This document shows positions 29,508-41,294 of a stretch of DNA of 64,000 nucleotides, piece after piece. The translations under genes were made by a program, and so were the position numbers. The notes under the pieces were generated by a model. It saw nothing but the letters and a program-made list of their open reading frames with translations, ran no database searches and was not told the origin of the DNA. The stretch is taken from NCBI GenBank assembly GCA_010093815.1, contig ML996576.1, one strand, 5' to 3'. This DNA is from Pseudovirgaria hyperparasitica (lineage: Eukaryota). How positions within the stretch are numbered: position 1 is the stretch's first letter; every line of letters starts with the position of its first letter.

Positions 29508-30893
29508 TTAATATCCAAGCTTCTTCGCAAACCACTTCCCTGCTCTGACGCTCGTCTGATCGAAATAGATTGTCCCCATATGTGCGACGCTCATGCATAT
29601 AGACAAAGATACGAATGCACATACCAGGAATCGGGAACTTAGCCCGATCGGGCCGATGTCCGGTATCCACAACCGATTGTCCCACCAGGTTGGATGTTCA
29701 TCAGGTCGAGCATCAATTTGTCCAAACATCCGGTGAATTGTCTCACTGAGCGTGAAGTAGACGAGTGCGTGTGTGAGATACAATGAGAACGACACCTGTC
29801 CAAGATAGCGTAACGGACGAGTGACGAAGAACCTCTGAATCCAGGATATACGTCTGCACGAACAGACAATCATGATGGCTCCCATTGATGTCCAGAAGCG
29901 TATGTATTCCACAGCCATGTAGTTCGCTGGTGTGAGCATCGTCACAGTATGCCAGCCTGGCGTGTCCAGTGCCCATTGAGGGCCTCCCATAAAGCCTGGT
30001 TGGCCAGCGAGCCATAGGCCAAGGAAGAGGAGAGCATTGTATATGACATCTGGAGTGACCTTGCTCTGATGTAAAAAAGGATAGCTGAGCTCGTAGACGT
30101 CGATAATGGACATAGTCATGCCCGCGAAGAACATTGCCATCGCCCAATGCCCAACGACGAAAACCAGAACAGTCGCGACCATGAATCCATACGAAAGTCT
30201 TTTCGGGGATATGAATTTCATGCGGCTTGTCACAAAGGCAAGAGCGTATATTAGCATCGACCCTCTGAGCTCGACTGGCATTGTCCACATCACAACTCCA
30301 TAGTAGCACCACCGTCCATTCATCAGACGGAATGGGTTGAAGAACCAGGTGAACTCTGATAGCCAGGCTACCAACTCAAGTGCCAGTGACTGTTTTGGCT
30401 CAGGCCAAGTGACATAGCGTAGCGTGCCAAAGGGCACATGCATCAGAATAGCATATAAGAGAGTCGACATCATTGGCGGTAGGTATAGCCGGATTGGTCT
30501 TTTTAGGACTGACGATATCAACTGAGAGTCACATTTTCCGTGGTCGCGTATTGCGCGTAGTGGTGAACGACTCAGCACATATCCCGAGAGGACGAAGAAG
30601 ACTGGGACGGCAGTATGACCCCCTGTGTAAATTAAACGGAAGATCGGAAAGCTGCCGAGGTAGTAATTCCCGTTCTCTCCGAATCCATGATTTAGATTGT
30701 CGCTTTCTCCATAGAAGTACGGAGTGTAATGCTGGAGGACGACTATTAAGGCGGCGATGCCTCGTAGGCCGTCTAGGTACGCGGTCGACCGTGAGGCGAG
30801 TTGCTGGTTTTCTACATCTGGTACAAGGCCTTCCGAAATCGGGTCGGAATCGTGGATAAGCTCCTTCTCCTCCGTGAGTGCATTTGACATCAT
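29508..30893 (-). CDS. Acyltransferase-3 (OafA-like) membrane O-acyltransferase, tandem paralogue, single exon
   Basis: YLDGLRGIAALIVVLQH, AVPVFFVLSGYVL, KRPIRLYLP, WTMPVELRGS, YLGQVSFSLYLTH. Confidence 0.92.
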   Translation of the reverse strand: MMSNALTEEKELIHDSDPISEGLVPDVENQQLASRSTAYLDGLRGIAALIVVLQHYTPYFYGESDNLNHGFGENGNYYLGSFPIFRLIYTGGHTAVPVFFVLSGYVLSRSPLRAIRDHGKCDSQLISSVLKRPIRLYLPPMMSTLLYAILMHVPFGTLRYVTWPEPKQSLALELVAWLSEFTWFFNPFRLMNGRWCYYGVVMWTMPVELRGSMLIYALAFVTSRMKFISPKRLSYGFMVATVLVFVVGHWAMAMFFAGMTMSIIDVYELSYPFLHQSKVTPDVIYNALLFLGLWLAGQPGFMGGPQWALDTPGWHTVTMLTPANYMAVEYIRFWTSMGAIMIVCSCRRISWIQRFFVTRPLRYLGQVSFSLYLTHALVYFTLSETIHRMFGQIDARPDEHPTWWDNRLWIPDIGPIGLSSRFLVCAFVSLSICMSVAHMGTIYFDQTSVRAGKWFAKKLGY

Positions 30894-31097
30894 GCTGAAT
30901 TTTCGATGAATGATTCCATGTCAAAGTAGCGCTGCAATGAAGTTGGAGAGCAAGGCCTTTTCTAGGTGAGGTAAAACCCCGTGCTTGTCAAGGGGCGCTA
31001 AGTCTGGGCGAGGGGTGCGTCGTGCCCTAAATATGAGGCAGCTTTCTTGTGCTTGATGAAAGTCGAATATACATTTTTTAAGATCAACATTTGTCAT

Positions 31098-31204
31098 GTC
31101 TCATTGGTCTAGTTGGTTATGACGTCGGTCTCATATTAGACTGTATGATCCACCCTCAGGGTGTGGTTATCCGAAGGTCGCCAGTTCGACTCTGGCATGG
31201 GACA
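31098..31204 (+). tRNA. Elongator tRNA-Met (anticodon CAT at 31132-31134) with a 33-nt intron at 31136-31168
   Basis: Acceptor stem GTCTCAT/ATGGGAC plus discriminator A. D arm GTC-TAGTTGGTTAT-GAC. Anticodon arm TCGGT-CTCATA^A-TCCGA with the U31:U39 pair typical of fungal elongator Met. T arm GCCAG-TTCGACT-CTGGC. TTTT Pol III terminator just downstream. The intron contains TATGA, complementary to the anticodon loop. Confidence 0.95.
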
Positions 31205-31368
31205 CATTTTGGCATTACTTTTGACCTTCGTCTTTTCCCCTCACTTAGTGACAGAATTACTTATCGTGACTGGATTATTCATTAACATCAAGTCATGGCC
31301 TAACAACACTTTCTATACAATCATGCTAGTGATTTCTTGTATTAATATTTATTAGTAGTCCTTCCTAT

Positions 31369-31385
31369 TATATATATATATATAT
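31369..31385. repeat. (TA)8 microsatellite within an AT-rich patch downstream of the tRNA
   Basis: tatatatatatatatat read directly. Confidence 0.9.
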
Positions 31386-34385
31386 CTCGCTGTTCTATTC
31401 GATTTACAAGAGCTATATAATCAGTATACTTATAATGGTTGTCAGTAATCTTGCTCCAGCTGATATTACGTTTCGCCTGTCAAGTTTCGGCTCATAACGT
31501 GCCCAGCTTAAGGTGGTAGGTCACGATCCTCCAATCATTTCAGGACCTACCTACTCTTTTAGCTCTTGACGGCGGTAAATGCTGTCCCAATATTACAATA
31601 GATGGTGGAGCACAGGTTCAGTCGAGATGCAGGATGAGAATTTCTAGATCATGTATTAGCACGGTCTAGAGAAAGAAAATCGGATGTGCGAGGACTAGGT
31701 GCGACGATGTTTCGCATAAGGGACACAAGAGGTGAAGGGTCCCGGGTGTGAGGGGCTGTTGACTTGCGTCATCGCGGGGCTGGCTCTTGAATTGTATATC
31801 TAGATCGAGAATCATGACTTGCCACACGTTTCGAAGACCATTTTAAGCATCTCGCCCCGGACACCATCGATGAGTAATTCTGGTAAAGGTTTACTGGGAA
31901 GTCTCATACTGGTCTCAAAATATTTGAGGTCTTTGCAAGCTGCCAATTGAGAAGAAGATGACAATGCATCACATACATATCATGCCCAGCGCAGCGAATC
32001 CCAGACACCAAGCGGATGGAGCGCTAGGGAGCAAGCGCAGTCCAGGCCTGCATGTCGACGTAATCCCGGATCAGGTCGTACGTTCTCCTCGGGACGACCT
32101 GAGAGGTATCAGAGTGGAATCTTGATGGACCGCACGGGCAGGCTCGGCCGCCGAAGTGGTCACATTTGTGGTTTCCTGGGCCCAAGAATAGATGCAGGCG
32201 AAGCTGAAACGAAAGGCTCGTGATTAGGAGCCATCGTGTCGGTGTGGTGGATGAGGCTCTGCTGCAACATGAACATGTCCACGTCCACACCCGCCCCGCC
32301 CGTCCTTGAGAAGGGTAAATGCATAGCCCGTGAGAAGTGGCCTGGTGGCTGGCCTGGGGCGAGGTCGCTCCCGTTGAAGCCAGTAATGAAGCCACGATGA
32401 TGGTGGGTCTGGAGCAGGGAGACGACAAAGGCCACAAAGGACTAGCCGCTCAAAAAGGCTGGCTGTGTGAAGAATGCTGATGGTTGGCTCCCCGGCACAA
32501 ACACATCTTGGCGCATGCAGCCAGCTGACCTCTTCAATAATGCGAATCTTCGCGTCTCGTGAGACACCTGTGTGGCTCCACCTTGCCCACATGTTGTGCT
32601 AGTTCTGCAGCTCCGCTTCAATTGGGACGCATACACAGGACCTACACACTCTCTCCCAAGAGTCTCAATTGATTGCGTGCATGATATCAAAGTAAATAAT
32701 TATGCCGTGTCTGAGACTTGCGTCAATTACTCTTTTGACAAAGGCCACCACCATCGATTTTGCCGCGCCAGGGTCCAGGGGACGTGATCGACACACAATA
32801 GGAAAGAATCGTTATTTAGGCGAGCTTTGCACAGAGCTGCCAGGCCAATTGATAATCGCGGTCGTGCCCCTTGGGCAGTCGTCGTCTCTTACACTGCGCA
32901 GCATAACGCAAACTTATCGAAGCCAGCCACTCTATCAATGGATCGCTCAGCAGTCCATACCAGCACAGAGGCGGGTGAGATCGTTCTTGCCCAACAGGCC
33001 CCAAGCAGGCAACGGCTTAACAACGTCGACAAGATCTGTGAAGCCTATAAGATGATGCTACTTCGCACCGTTAATCCTGTGCTGTGGTGGTGACATATTA
33101 CTGATGTGTGCTTCGGACGCTGGAGAGACAGCAACACAGCGGCCTGCCTGTAGAACGAAATGTGCCTCTTCTCTGTCGTTCATGTGCCTGCCGTTGGAGC
33201 CAATAAGGGGGCGTGAACTCAAGGACAGCCCAAGGTTCATGCGGAAACGCTGAGGAGGCGTATGGAGAAAATAGGCGTAGCCTCGTAGGTGGGCACTGTT
33301 AGAGTCGAGCAATTGGCCGCAACTGGGCTCGCTAGCGATTTGTGCTTTGTGGATTAAGCGTCCTGTAGTCTGTTGATGAGGACGAGAGAGCAAGACTCGA
33401 TGGCTGAGGATGGGATCCGAAGGTGGATACGGCGGAGACCAGCAGATGGTCGTGCAAACGTACCCGACAGCCATGATGAGCCCATCCGCTTTGTTACTTG
33501 GTCGTGTTTTGACCTTCCTTCCCAGTAAAAGCGATAATACCAATCTGGCTGCTCCCCTTCCGTGAAAACGTGGCATTGGTGGCCCTGCGAACACTTGCGC
33601 GCAAGGTAGGTAACTCCCAAGTAACTAGACTATGACCGCCAGTCTACCACCATTCAGACCTTCATTCACTGCACCAGTCCGCGGCCCACCGAGCTTGTGC
33701 TGTTTGTCTTATTGACTGACTTGGTCCCTTCAATTCGGTGCATCAGCATAGCAGTATTCACCCAGCTATTAAGCTCCACACACGCCAGGCCCAGGCACGC
33801 TACCAGCACAGGGTAGGTTACTTGACGGTATTAGAAGATCGAGGTAGGCCATCCTTATTAGTACGAGGTCACGCGCTGCCGTAATAGGGCCACAACCACA
33901 ACCCAAGCCCCTCCCATCCGCATCGTCATTTCACTACTTTCATCATCTTCGCTCTGCTCTCTCTTCAACCTCATCCTCAACCTCAGCTTCACCCTCGTCC
34001 TCATCTTGCACCTTTTCATTTCTTCCTACAGCTTCTACCCTTTCACCTTCTACTCGGCCTGTCTAGCTCTGATCACCTCGACTGTCCCCGCCTTTGCGTC
34101 CTGCTGATTGCCTCTTTCTTCAGCCACTCCCGCCCGCTACTCCACCATCACCTGCGCACTTGACGAACAGCCCTCGAGGGCCTGCGCCGACAAACCTCAA
34201 CAGCTCCTAGCAATCCTCTTATCATCCTCTTGACATCGCTTTGGCCTCATACTTTACCTTATATCCCCCACGATACTTGCCCAGAACGGATCAACTCGCT
34301 TGCACCCCGCTTTCCGCCAGTCCTCCATACTCTCGGTAGCAACTCGGTCACCAACGAATTCTCGTCATAGCTGTGCTGCAAGGCG

Positions 34386-35906
34386 ATGACCGGCTCCCGC
34401 AACAACGCTTTCACAAACATGAGAATGGGTGGTAAGGGTTTGCCATCACCAGTACTTGCACTATTTGACAGCTGACATAGACCCCGAAGAGATAATCCAC
34501 GAGAAAGTCCAGGATGGTGTGACTGGCGAATATCGGGATCTATCATATACGCAATGCAAGATCGTAGGAAATGGCTCCTTTGGTGTCGTATTTCAGACAA
34601 AGCTGTCGCCCAGTGGAGAAGATGCTGCCATCAAGCGTGTATTGCAAGACAAGCGGTTTAAGGTCTGCCGATGGAGAAGGTCTCGAGTGTATCAATGACT
34701 AACTCATGCTAGAATCGCGAACTTCAGATCATGCGCATTGTGAGACACCCAAATATCGTTGAGCTCAAGGCCTTTTTCTATAACAACGGCGAGCGGGTAA
34801 GCACGTCAATTGTTACCACACAGCGGTACTGCGCTAACCAACGTTCAGAAGGATGAAGTTTACCTGAACCTCGTGCTTGAGTTCGTTCCTGAGACAGTGT
34901 ATCGAGCATCGCGGTACTTCAATAAGATGAAGACGGTCATGCCGATACTCGAGGTCAAGCTGTACATCTACCAGCTCTTCCGATCGTTGGCGTACATCCA
35001 CTCCCAGGGTATCTGCCATCGCGACATCAAACCGCAGAACTTGCTGTTAGATCCTGGCAGTGGAATTCTTAAGCTCTGTGATTTTGGCAGTGCGAAGATC
35101 CTTGTCGAGAACGAACCCAATGTTTCGTATATCTGCTCTCGCTACTACCGTGCCCCAGAACTCATCTTTGGTGCCACAAACTATACGACAAAGATCGGTA
35201 GGCTTGCAATGCGCACTGTTTCTCCTAAGCACCGAAGAAACTGACATTTGTGATACAGATGTGTGGTCGACTGGATGTGTCATGGCAGAGTTGATGCTTG
35301 GCCAGCCTCTGTTTCCAGGGGAGTCTGGAATCGATCAACTGGTCGAAATCATCAAGGTTCTCGGTACACCCACTCGGGAGCAGATTCGAACCATGAATCC
35401 GAACTACATGGAGCACAAGTTCCCACAGATCAAACCGCATCCCTTCAACAAGGTCAGACAAATTCTAGCGCAACAACCACCGGTGAACCAACAGTTAATT
35501 CCCAATCAGGTCTTCCGCAAAGCGGACACGAATGCAATCGAGCTGATTGCTCAATTGTTGGAGTACACGCCTACTCAACGTCTCTCGGCCATTGATGCAA
35601 TGGTGCATCCATTCTTTGATGAGCTGAGAGATCCAACTGCTAAGCTTCCTGACTCCCGCCACGCCAATGGAGCTCCGAAGGACTTCCCTCCACTCTTCAA
35701 CTTCACTCATCATGGTTTGTGGTACTTTTCTTTTACTGTTTCGTATCTGCTAACAACAGGTCACAGAACTTTCTATCCGGCCAGAACTGAATCGACAGCT
35801 GATTCCAGCTCATATTCGCCCAATCCTTGCATCGCAAGGCCTCGATATCGAATCGCCAAATTTCAAGCCTATGTCCAAAGACGACATGCTCGCAAGATTG
35901 GATTAA
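34386..35906 (+). CDS. GSK3: Glycogen synthase kinase 3 (GSK3/Rim11 family); introns 34432-34489, 34663-34712, 34797-34848, 35198-35258, 35453-35509, 35715-35766
   Basis: [41 protein letters not shown] and activation loop [16 protein letters not shown] diagnostic of GSK3; C-terminus [14 protein letters not shown]...MLARLD. Confidence 0.97.
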
Positions 35907-37866
35907 ACTCTAGTCGACTCAAAATGGCGAGCCACTGTTACCAAATAGGTCTTGTCATCGTTTCGACAACCTTTACGCGCCTCCCTGACGACTTTGCCCT
36001 CTGGAGAGTGCCGTCTTTACAGGTACTACGGACTCTCTGACCACAATCACAACGGCCTTTTGTTTTCGTAAGGCACTCATTCCCGTGCACGAAGTATATT
36101 CCTCACGCCCGAAATGATACGAAATGTCAATATTCCACAGTTACACCGTATCACCGTACCAGTATTGTCGAATGCTCAGCTTGTTGTGCCTTTGCGCTCT
36201 TGGTGATATCGCAGAGCGATTGTAGTATCCTACTCTCAACTTCTTGCGACATCGGTCTTACTTGGTCCTGGATGAGAGGCAGCTATGAATCGACGACGAC
36301 AATTGCGCCCTTTGTTTTTGTGAAGTTGGATTCACGGGATGAATGTCTTATTTTGGTGCGACCAGGCCTTCTATACCACTCCAGGACATTGGAATGGTTC
36401 AAATACAAACGCAGCCTTCAGCCTGCGGTGGATCTTGCTCGTCTACGCGCAGTCTGCGTAATACTCAGATATGGCGCAGCCCTTGATCTTGATGGAGAAG
36501 GCTCAATGAGGCAGGACTAGCATACTGCAGGCATAGGCATCTTCAATTCTTCGTTCATCTCTTTTATTAGACGTTTTTCAATTTTTCTTTCCACTCATAT
36601 TACTGGTGTGACTGGCAGCCAGCGACGTTTCAATGTTCTGATTTCACCGCATTCAGGAAACCTGTCGTTTTCGCATTTTCTGACAATAGGTACTGTTCAA
36701 GTATTTCGCTGTTCCATAAAAGGATCTGGATTGGCTACAGAGGCGTCCATTTGCATCTGAGAAACGCTGTATGCGACGAACTTCCTGGTTAAAAGGTTCG
36801 AGATGTCAGTAGGCAAAAGAAAATCGGAGTTAGACACATTTCAATAGCGGGCCTCACTTCACGTGCACATCTTGAAATTTCTATTGATTAGTTGTCATCG
36901 CACATCTTCACATGAACTTTACCACGTCCCAAAACGTGAAACAATGGTATTGAAAGTAGCCTGTCTACCCGGCAAATGCCATGTACGTCGAGTGGTAATC
37001 CATGAATTGGTGACGGAGGTGCCTGGCAGAGGGAGAATTCAAGTCTCGATTTGTTAGACCTAACTGGTAGAATCTATTCACTGTCGTTCACCTACCAAAT
37101 GACCTCAACATCCTCTTACCTCACTCATCGTCGTATCTTCTAAGAGATTCCACACCCTGACTCATCTACTTTCTCGCCATCCACCATGAATATTATAGAT
37201 TCTCTTCTGGATGAGGAGACGCCAGGGCTCTCTTCATATGCTATACTTGAGCCAGATCTAAACTCACAGCGCTCAGGAGCGGTCCCAGCGGTCAAAGATT
37301 TGGCACCAAACTTGATCAATTACGATGAGAATGCATTGAGCGATCTGCAACATGATGTCGGTCTGGCAAGCTCAAACGTCTTCGCTATCGTCAAAGATCA
37401 CGAGGACAGTCCCCGGAATGGTCAAGATGCAGGCTCGAAAGTGTTTGTAGATCATGTTCATGCCCCGATTGCTAGTTCGTCTAGTAATGACAATAGTCAG
37501 TCGAGCTACCCCGGGAAAGGTTCGGAGGTAGCGCAAGTGCCAGCTGGTCCAAAAGGGAGTAGCCCGCGCTACCATAATCATGAGCATTCACGTCGGCAAA
37601 ACTTGATCCCCCGTTCGCGCAAAGGGCTTCAGCAAGGCCGACTTCGCGGTCTCCCAAATCCGAGTCTTATTCAGGTCAAACACTCCAACGACCGTGGAGC
37701 GTACAATCACTTCTCTGAAAATTCACCTAACGAGTACTACAAACTGGGCTGCTACTCCAGAGACGCTAGCTCGTCGCGAGGTGCAAGCTTCGCATCGCCA
37801 TCACGACCAAAGCTCAACACCGTTGAAAATCAGAACGATCCCGACAGGCCCATCGTTGACTCAAAC

Positions 37867-40626
37867 ATGGCAGATATGGACTCGAGAGACTCAAAGCCGA
37901 GGCACGGAGGAAGAGGATACCATAATAAAAATGGCAAACGCAGATACAGGGGCAAGTCTAGCCTGTGCTACCAAAGGCCTCGTGGGTTTCTAGCTAATGA
38001 TACCAAATAGAAGATGACGACTATGATCGCCAGCCCCAGCGTCGGAAGATTGAGGAGCCAGCCTTTGTCAAGGTGAGACGATGCGTTCTGCAGCTTGGCG
38101 ACTCTGGCACGAAGATTCCAGCCACTGAGACGCAAGAGGTTGCAAAGAAGATTGCAGAGAGCTATGAAGATTCGGAGGTGAAGGGTGGGGTGCTGGATCT
38201 AGTCATTCAGTTGTGAGTAGTCTTCGAAGGCCAGACGCGCCGTGAACTTAACAGATACAATAGTTGCGTCGAACAACCACTGAAGATCCCAATCATGGCC
38301 GCGCTGTGTCAGTACGCAAATGACTATAATTCAGATATCGCGGTCGAGCTACTCACCCGTGCCGGAAAACAGGCGCAGGCCGCGCTAGAGAAAGGCTCGT
38401 GGAGAGAGTTCAAGCTACTCCTCCGCTTCCTTGCATGCTGTCAGTCTCTTTACAACGACGATGGCGTTTTCGGAATACTCGACGAACTCTTCAACAGTGC
38501 TGCAGAACTTCAAGCCGCTAGCTCAGCCGACACAATCGGCCTTGAGATCGTCAAGATCATCCTGCTCACAATACCTTATGTCCTTGCAACCTCCGCAACT
38601 GGACTTGAGCAGAAGGCAGCGGAACTTCTCGAAAAAACTGGTATCGTCGCATCCGCCCCGCACGCCTTGGAGTCCTTAGTTGAGCCATATCATGGCGCGG
38701 CTGAGACTGAGAACTTCCATCGCGGAAGCGAAGACCGACCATATTCATACAAGAGTTTGCTCGGTTTGCTCCAAGATCAGATACAACAAGAAGCCAACAT
38801 GGGCTGGAAGTTGCCATTCATCCTTAGAGCGTATGTCAAGCCAGTTCTCCCTGCCACGGAGGGCGATGTTGACGCTGCTGGTATCATCGACTCGCCTAAG
38901 CAACACCCCTTCCCCGTTATCACCATGCCTAACCCAGTCTCGCAAGGGCCGAAGGCTCTTTTCCCCGAAGCATTTTACTCAATATACGCCGATCAGGACA
39001 TTGAAGTGAGTTACAGCCCGCGAAGCTCGATTCATACATTACTGATGATTCTAGACTGTTCCTAAGACTACAGCACTCGTCGGTACCCTTGTCCGCGATA
39101 CCCTTGTAGACACCATCAACATCCTCGACTTCAATCGTCACCAGGTAGCCAAGTTTCTAATCGACATGGACAATTTCTGGGCTCCTGGAACCTTCGTGAA
39201 AAGGGCGACGCCATTTGACAAGCTGCGCGACATCCCGAGCGGCGAGTCAACTTGGAAACCTGAAGATGTTGCCATCGATGCTCTCTTCTCGCAAATTTTC
39301 GTTCTACCATCTGCAGAGCATAAGCTTATATACTACCATTCAATCATTACAGAAAGCTGCAAGATTGCGCCTGCCGCTATCGCTCCTAGTCTAGGTAGGG
39401 CTATTCGATTCCTTTTCCGCAATTTAGACGGTATGGATATGGAGTTGAGTGCAAGATTCATGGATTGGTTCGCACATCATCTCAGCAACTTTGAGTTCCG
39501 GTGGAAATGGACCGAATGGACTGATGACCTGACCCGACCTGCGATTGATCCAAAGAAAGCTTTCATTGTTGGTGCCCTTGACAAAGAGATTCGGCTCAGC
39601 TTCGCCAAACGTATACGCTCCACCTTACCACCGGAATACCATCATCTCATTACTGAAGCCAAGGAGAAGGACATTCCTGACTTCAAGTACAATGACGAAC
39701 GTACGCCGTACGCTACGTACGGACGGGAACTGCTCGCCCTCATCCGCAAGAAAGCCCCTGAAGAAACCGTTGACATCGTCATGAACCAGATTCACGACGA
39801 GGCTGCCGAGCGTGGTATTGGGGATGTACACATTCCATCGACCGATGCATACATTACGTGTATACTCTTTGTTGGCTCCAAGTCACTCTCACATGCTCTA
39901 TCCATCATCGATCGCTGCAAGGACCGCCTGCTTTCAACACCTGAATCCGCGCGTATACAAATAGTACAGTCTGTCGTCGACTACTGGTCCATTCATCCAG
40001 GCACTGCAGTGTCTATTATCGACAAGCTCCTCAATTACACTATACTCTCTCCAATGCACGTTATACAATGGGCTCTTGGCCCTTCTCGTCTTAAGGAAGG
40101 CAAACTACTCTCACAGCCGTGGGTCTATGAGATGGTGTCTACGACAATGCATAAAGTCACCTCCCGAGTTCGTCAGATCGCTGCTGCACGTTTACAGGTA
40201 GCTCTCCCTCCTGAGCAGATCCGCATGCTCGACGAAAAAGTCACTGAAGAGCGTCAAAGCATGCGGGAGCTCTTTGCCGTGATTGCTGAGGCCACCCAGG
40301 GTCTTGCGGCTGGTGCTACCGATGGGTATATGGAAGCTGTTGGTGCGAACGATATCACCCCTGCTGAAGCCGAGCTACTACGTGCTTGGGGTGCACGTTG
40401 GAACCGAGTTTTTGCTCGAAAAGGTGCCGTTGAAGAAGCTGTTGTTGGTGAAGCAGTCATGGAGATGCGTGTCAAAGACGCCGAAGAAGCGTTGCAGAGG
40501 CTCAAACAAAATGAGGCAGAGGTTGAAGCAGCTGCTGAAGCGGCGGCAGCGGCAGCACAGGACGGACACGGGAACGGAAATGGAGATATGGATATGGACA
40601 CAGCTGCAGATGGGAACAATTTCTGA
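37867..40626 (+). CDS. STO1: Nuclear cap-binding complex large subunit CBP80 (Sto1/Cbc1); introns 37952-38010 (GC-AG), 38213-38263, 39006-39054; possible upstream start at 37186
   Basis: NLS KRRYR/EDDDYDR, VEQPLKIP, WREFKLLLRFL, PAAIAPSLGRAIRFL, RFMDWFAHHLSNFEFRWKWTEW, LDKEIRLSF, GSKSLSH, IIDKLLNY MIF4G-repeat motifs. Confidence 0.95.
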
Positions 40627-40974
40627 GTGTCTGGTTTGATTCGACCGTGATCGAGACGTGAGGAATACGTCTCACGTGTACCATTACCACGGTCTAGGGT
40701 TTCGCGTGGGTGGGTTACAGGCAGTTCAGTCGTTCCATAGCAGACTAGATCTGCAACTGTGGAGTCAATGGGATTTGTATTCTGCTATGCACTGTATTAT
40801 GAAATTTACCGTCAAGCAATCGATAAAACCTCTACTGGATACTATCTCACGTCCCTGTCTCACACATAGGGATGTCTAGTTCCGTTAATCGCTGATCGAC
40901 ACGCAAAACGTAAGATACTGGTGTGAGACAATGCCAATACTTACTCTGATACCTAGGTACCTTGGGAATAATTT

Positions 40975-41110
40975 AGGAGTGTACTATATATATCAAGACA
41001 CCAATACTTTTGACTTTCATAATATCCTAATATAGCAATACTCTAATTAAACTATACTAAGTCTTATCTAGATATAGTAAGCTAATTAGGTAGTACTAAT
41101 TATCTAGAGA
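40975..41110. repeat. Short RIP-like (TpA-rich, CpA/TpG-depleted) relic
   Basis: Hand count over 41021-41110: 22 TpA, one CpA, no TpG in 90 nt. Confidence 0.55.
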
Positions 41111-41294
41111 CTCACTGAATTATTGGTATCAAGATGACTTGAAGTAGTGGATTCAAGCTGTAATGGATGCCACTAGTGGTTTCTTGTAGCACTAGCACCT
41201 GATGACGGATGAACGAAGCCATATCTGTTGCTATTCTACATCCAACTCCAACGCTCATACATCTTACCTCTAACCCCCCCCAACAGCAAGTATA

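Noticed and set aside
31992..32004. CAGCGAATCCCAG resembling the 3' part of fungal 5S rRNA
   Set aside because: Upstream sequence does not resemble 5S; no internal control region or terminator.
32024..33620. Several 80-180 aa ORFs upstream of GSK3
   Set aside because: Overlapping on both strands with random-looking composition; typical of GC-rich intergenic DNA.
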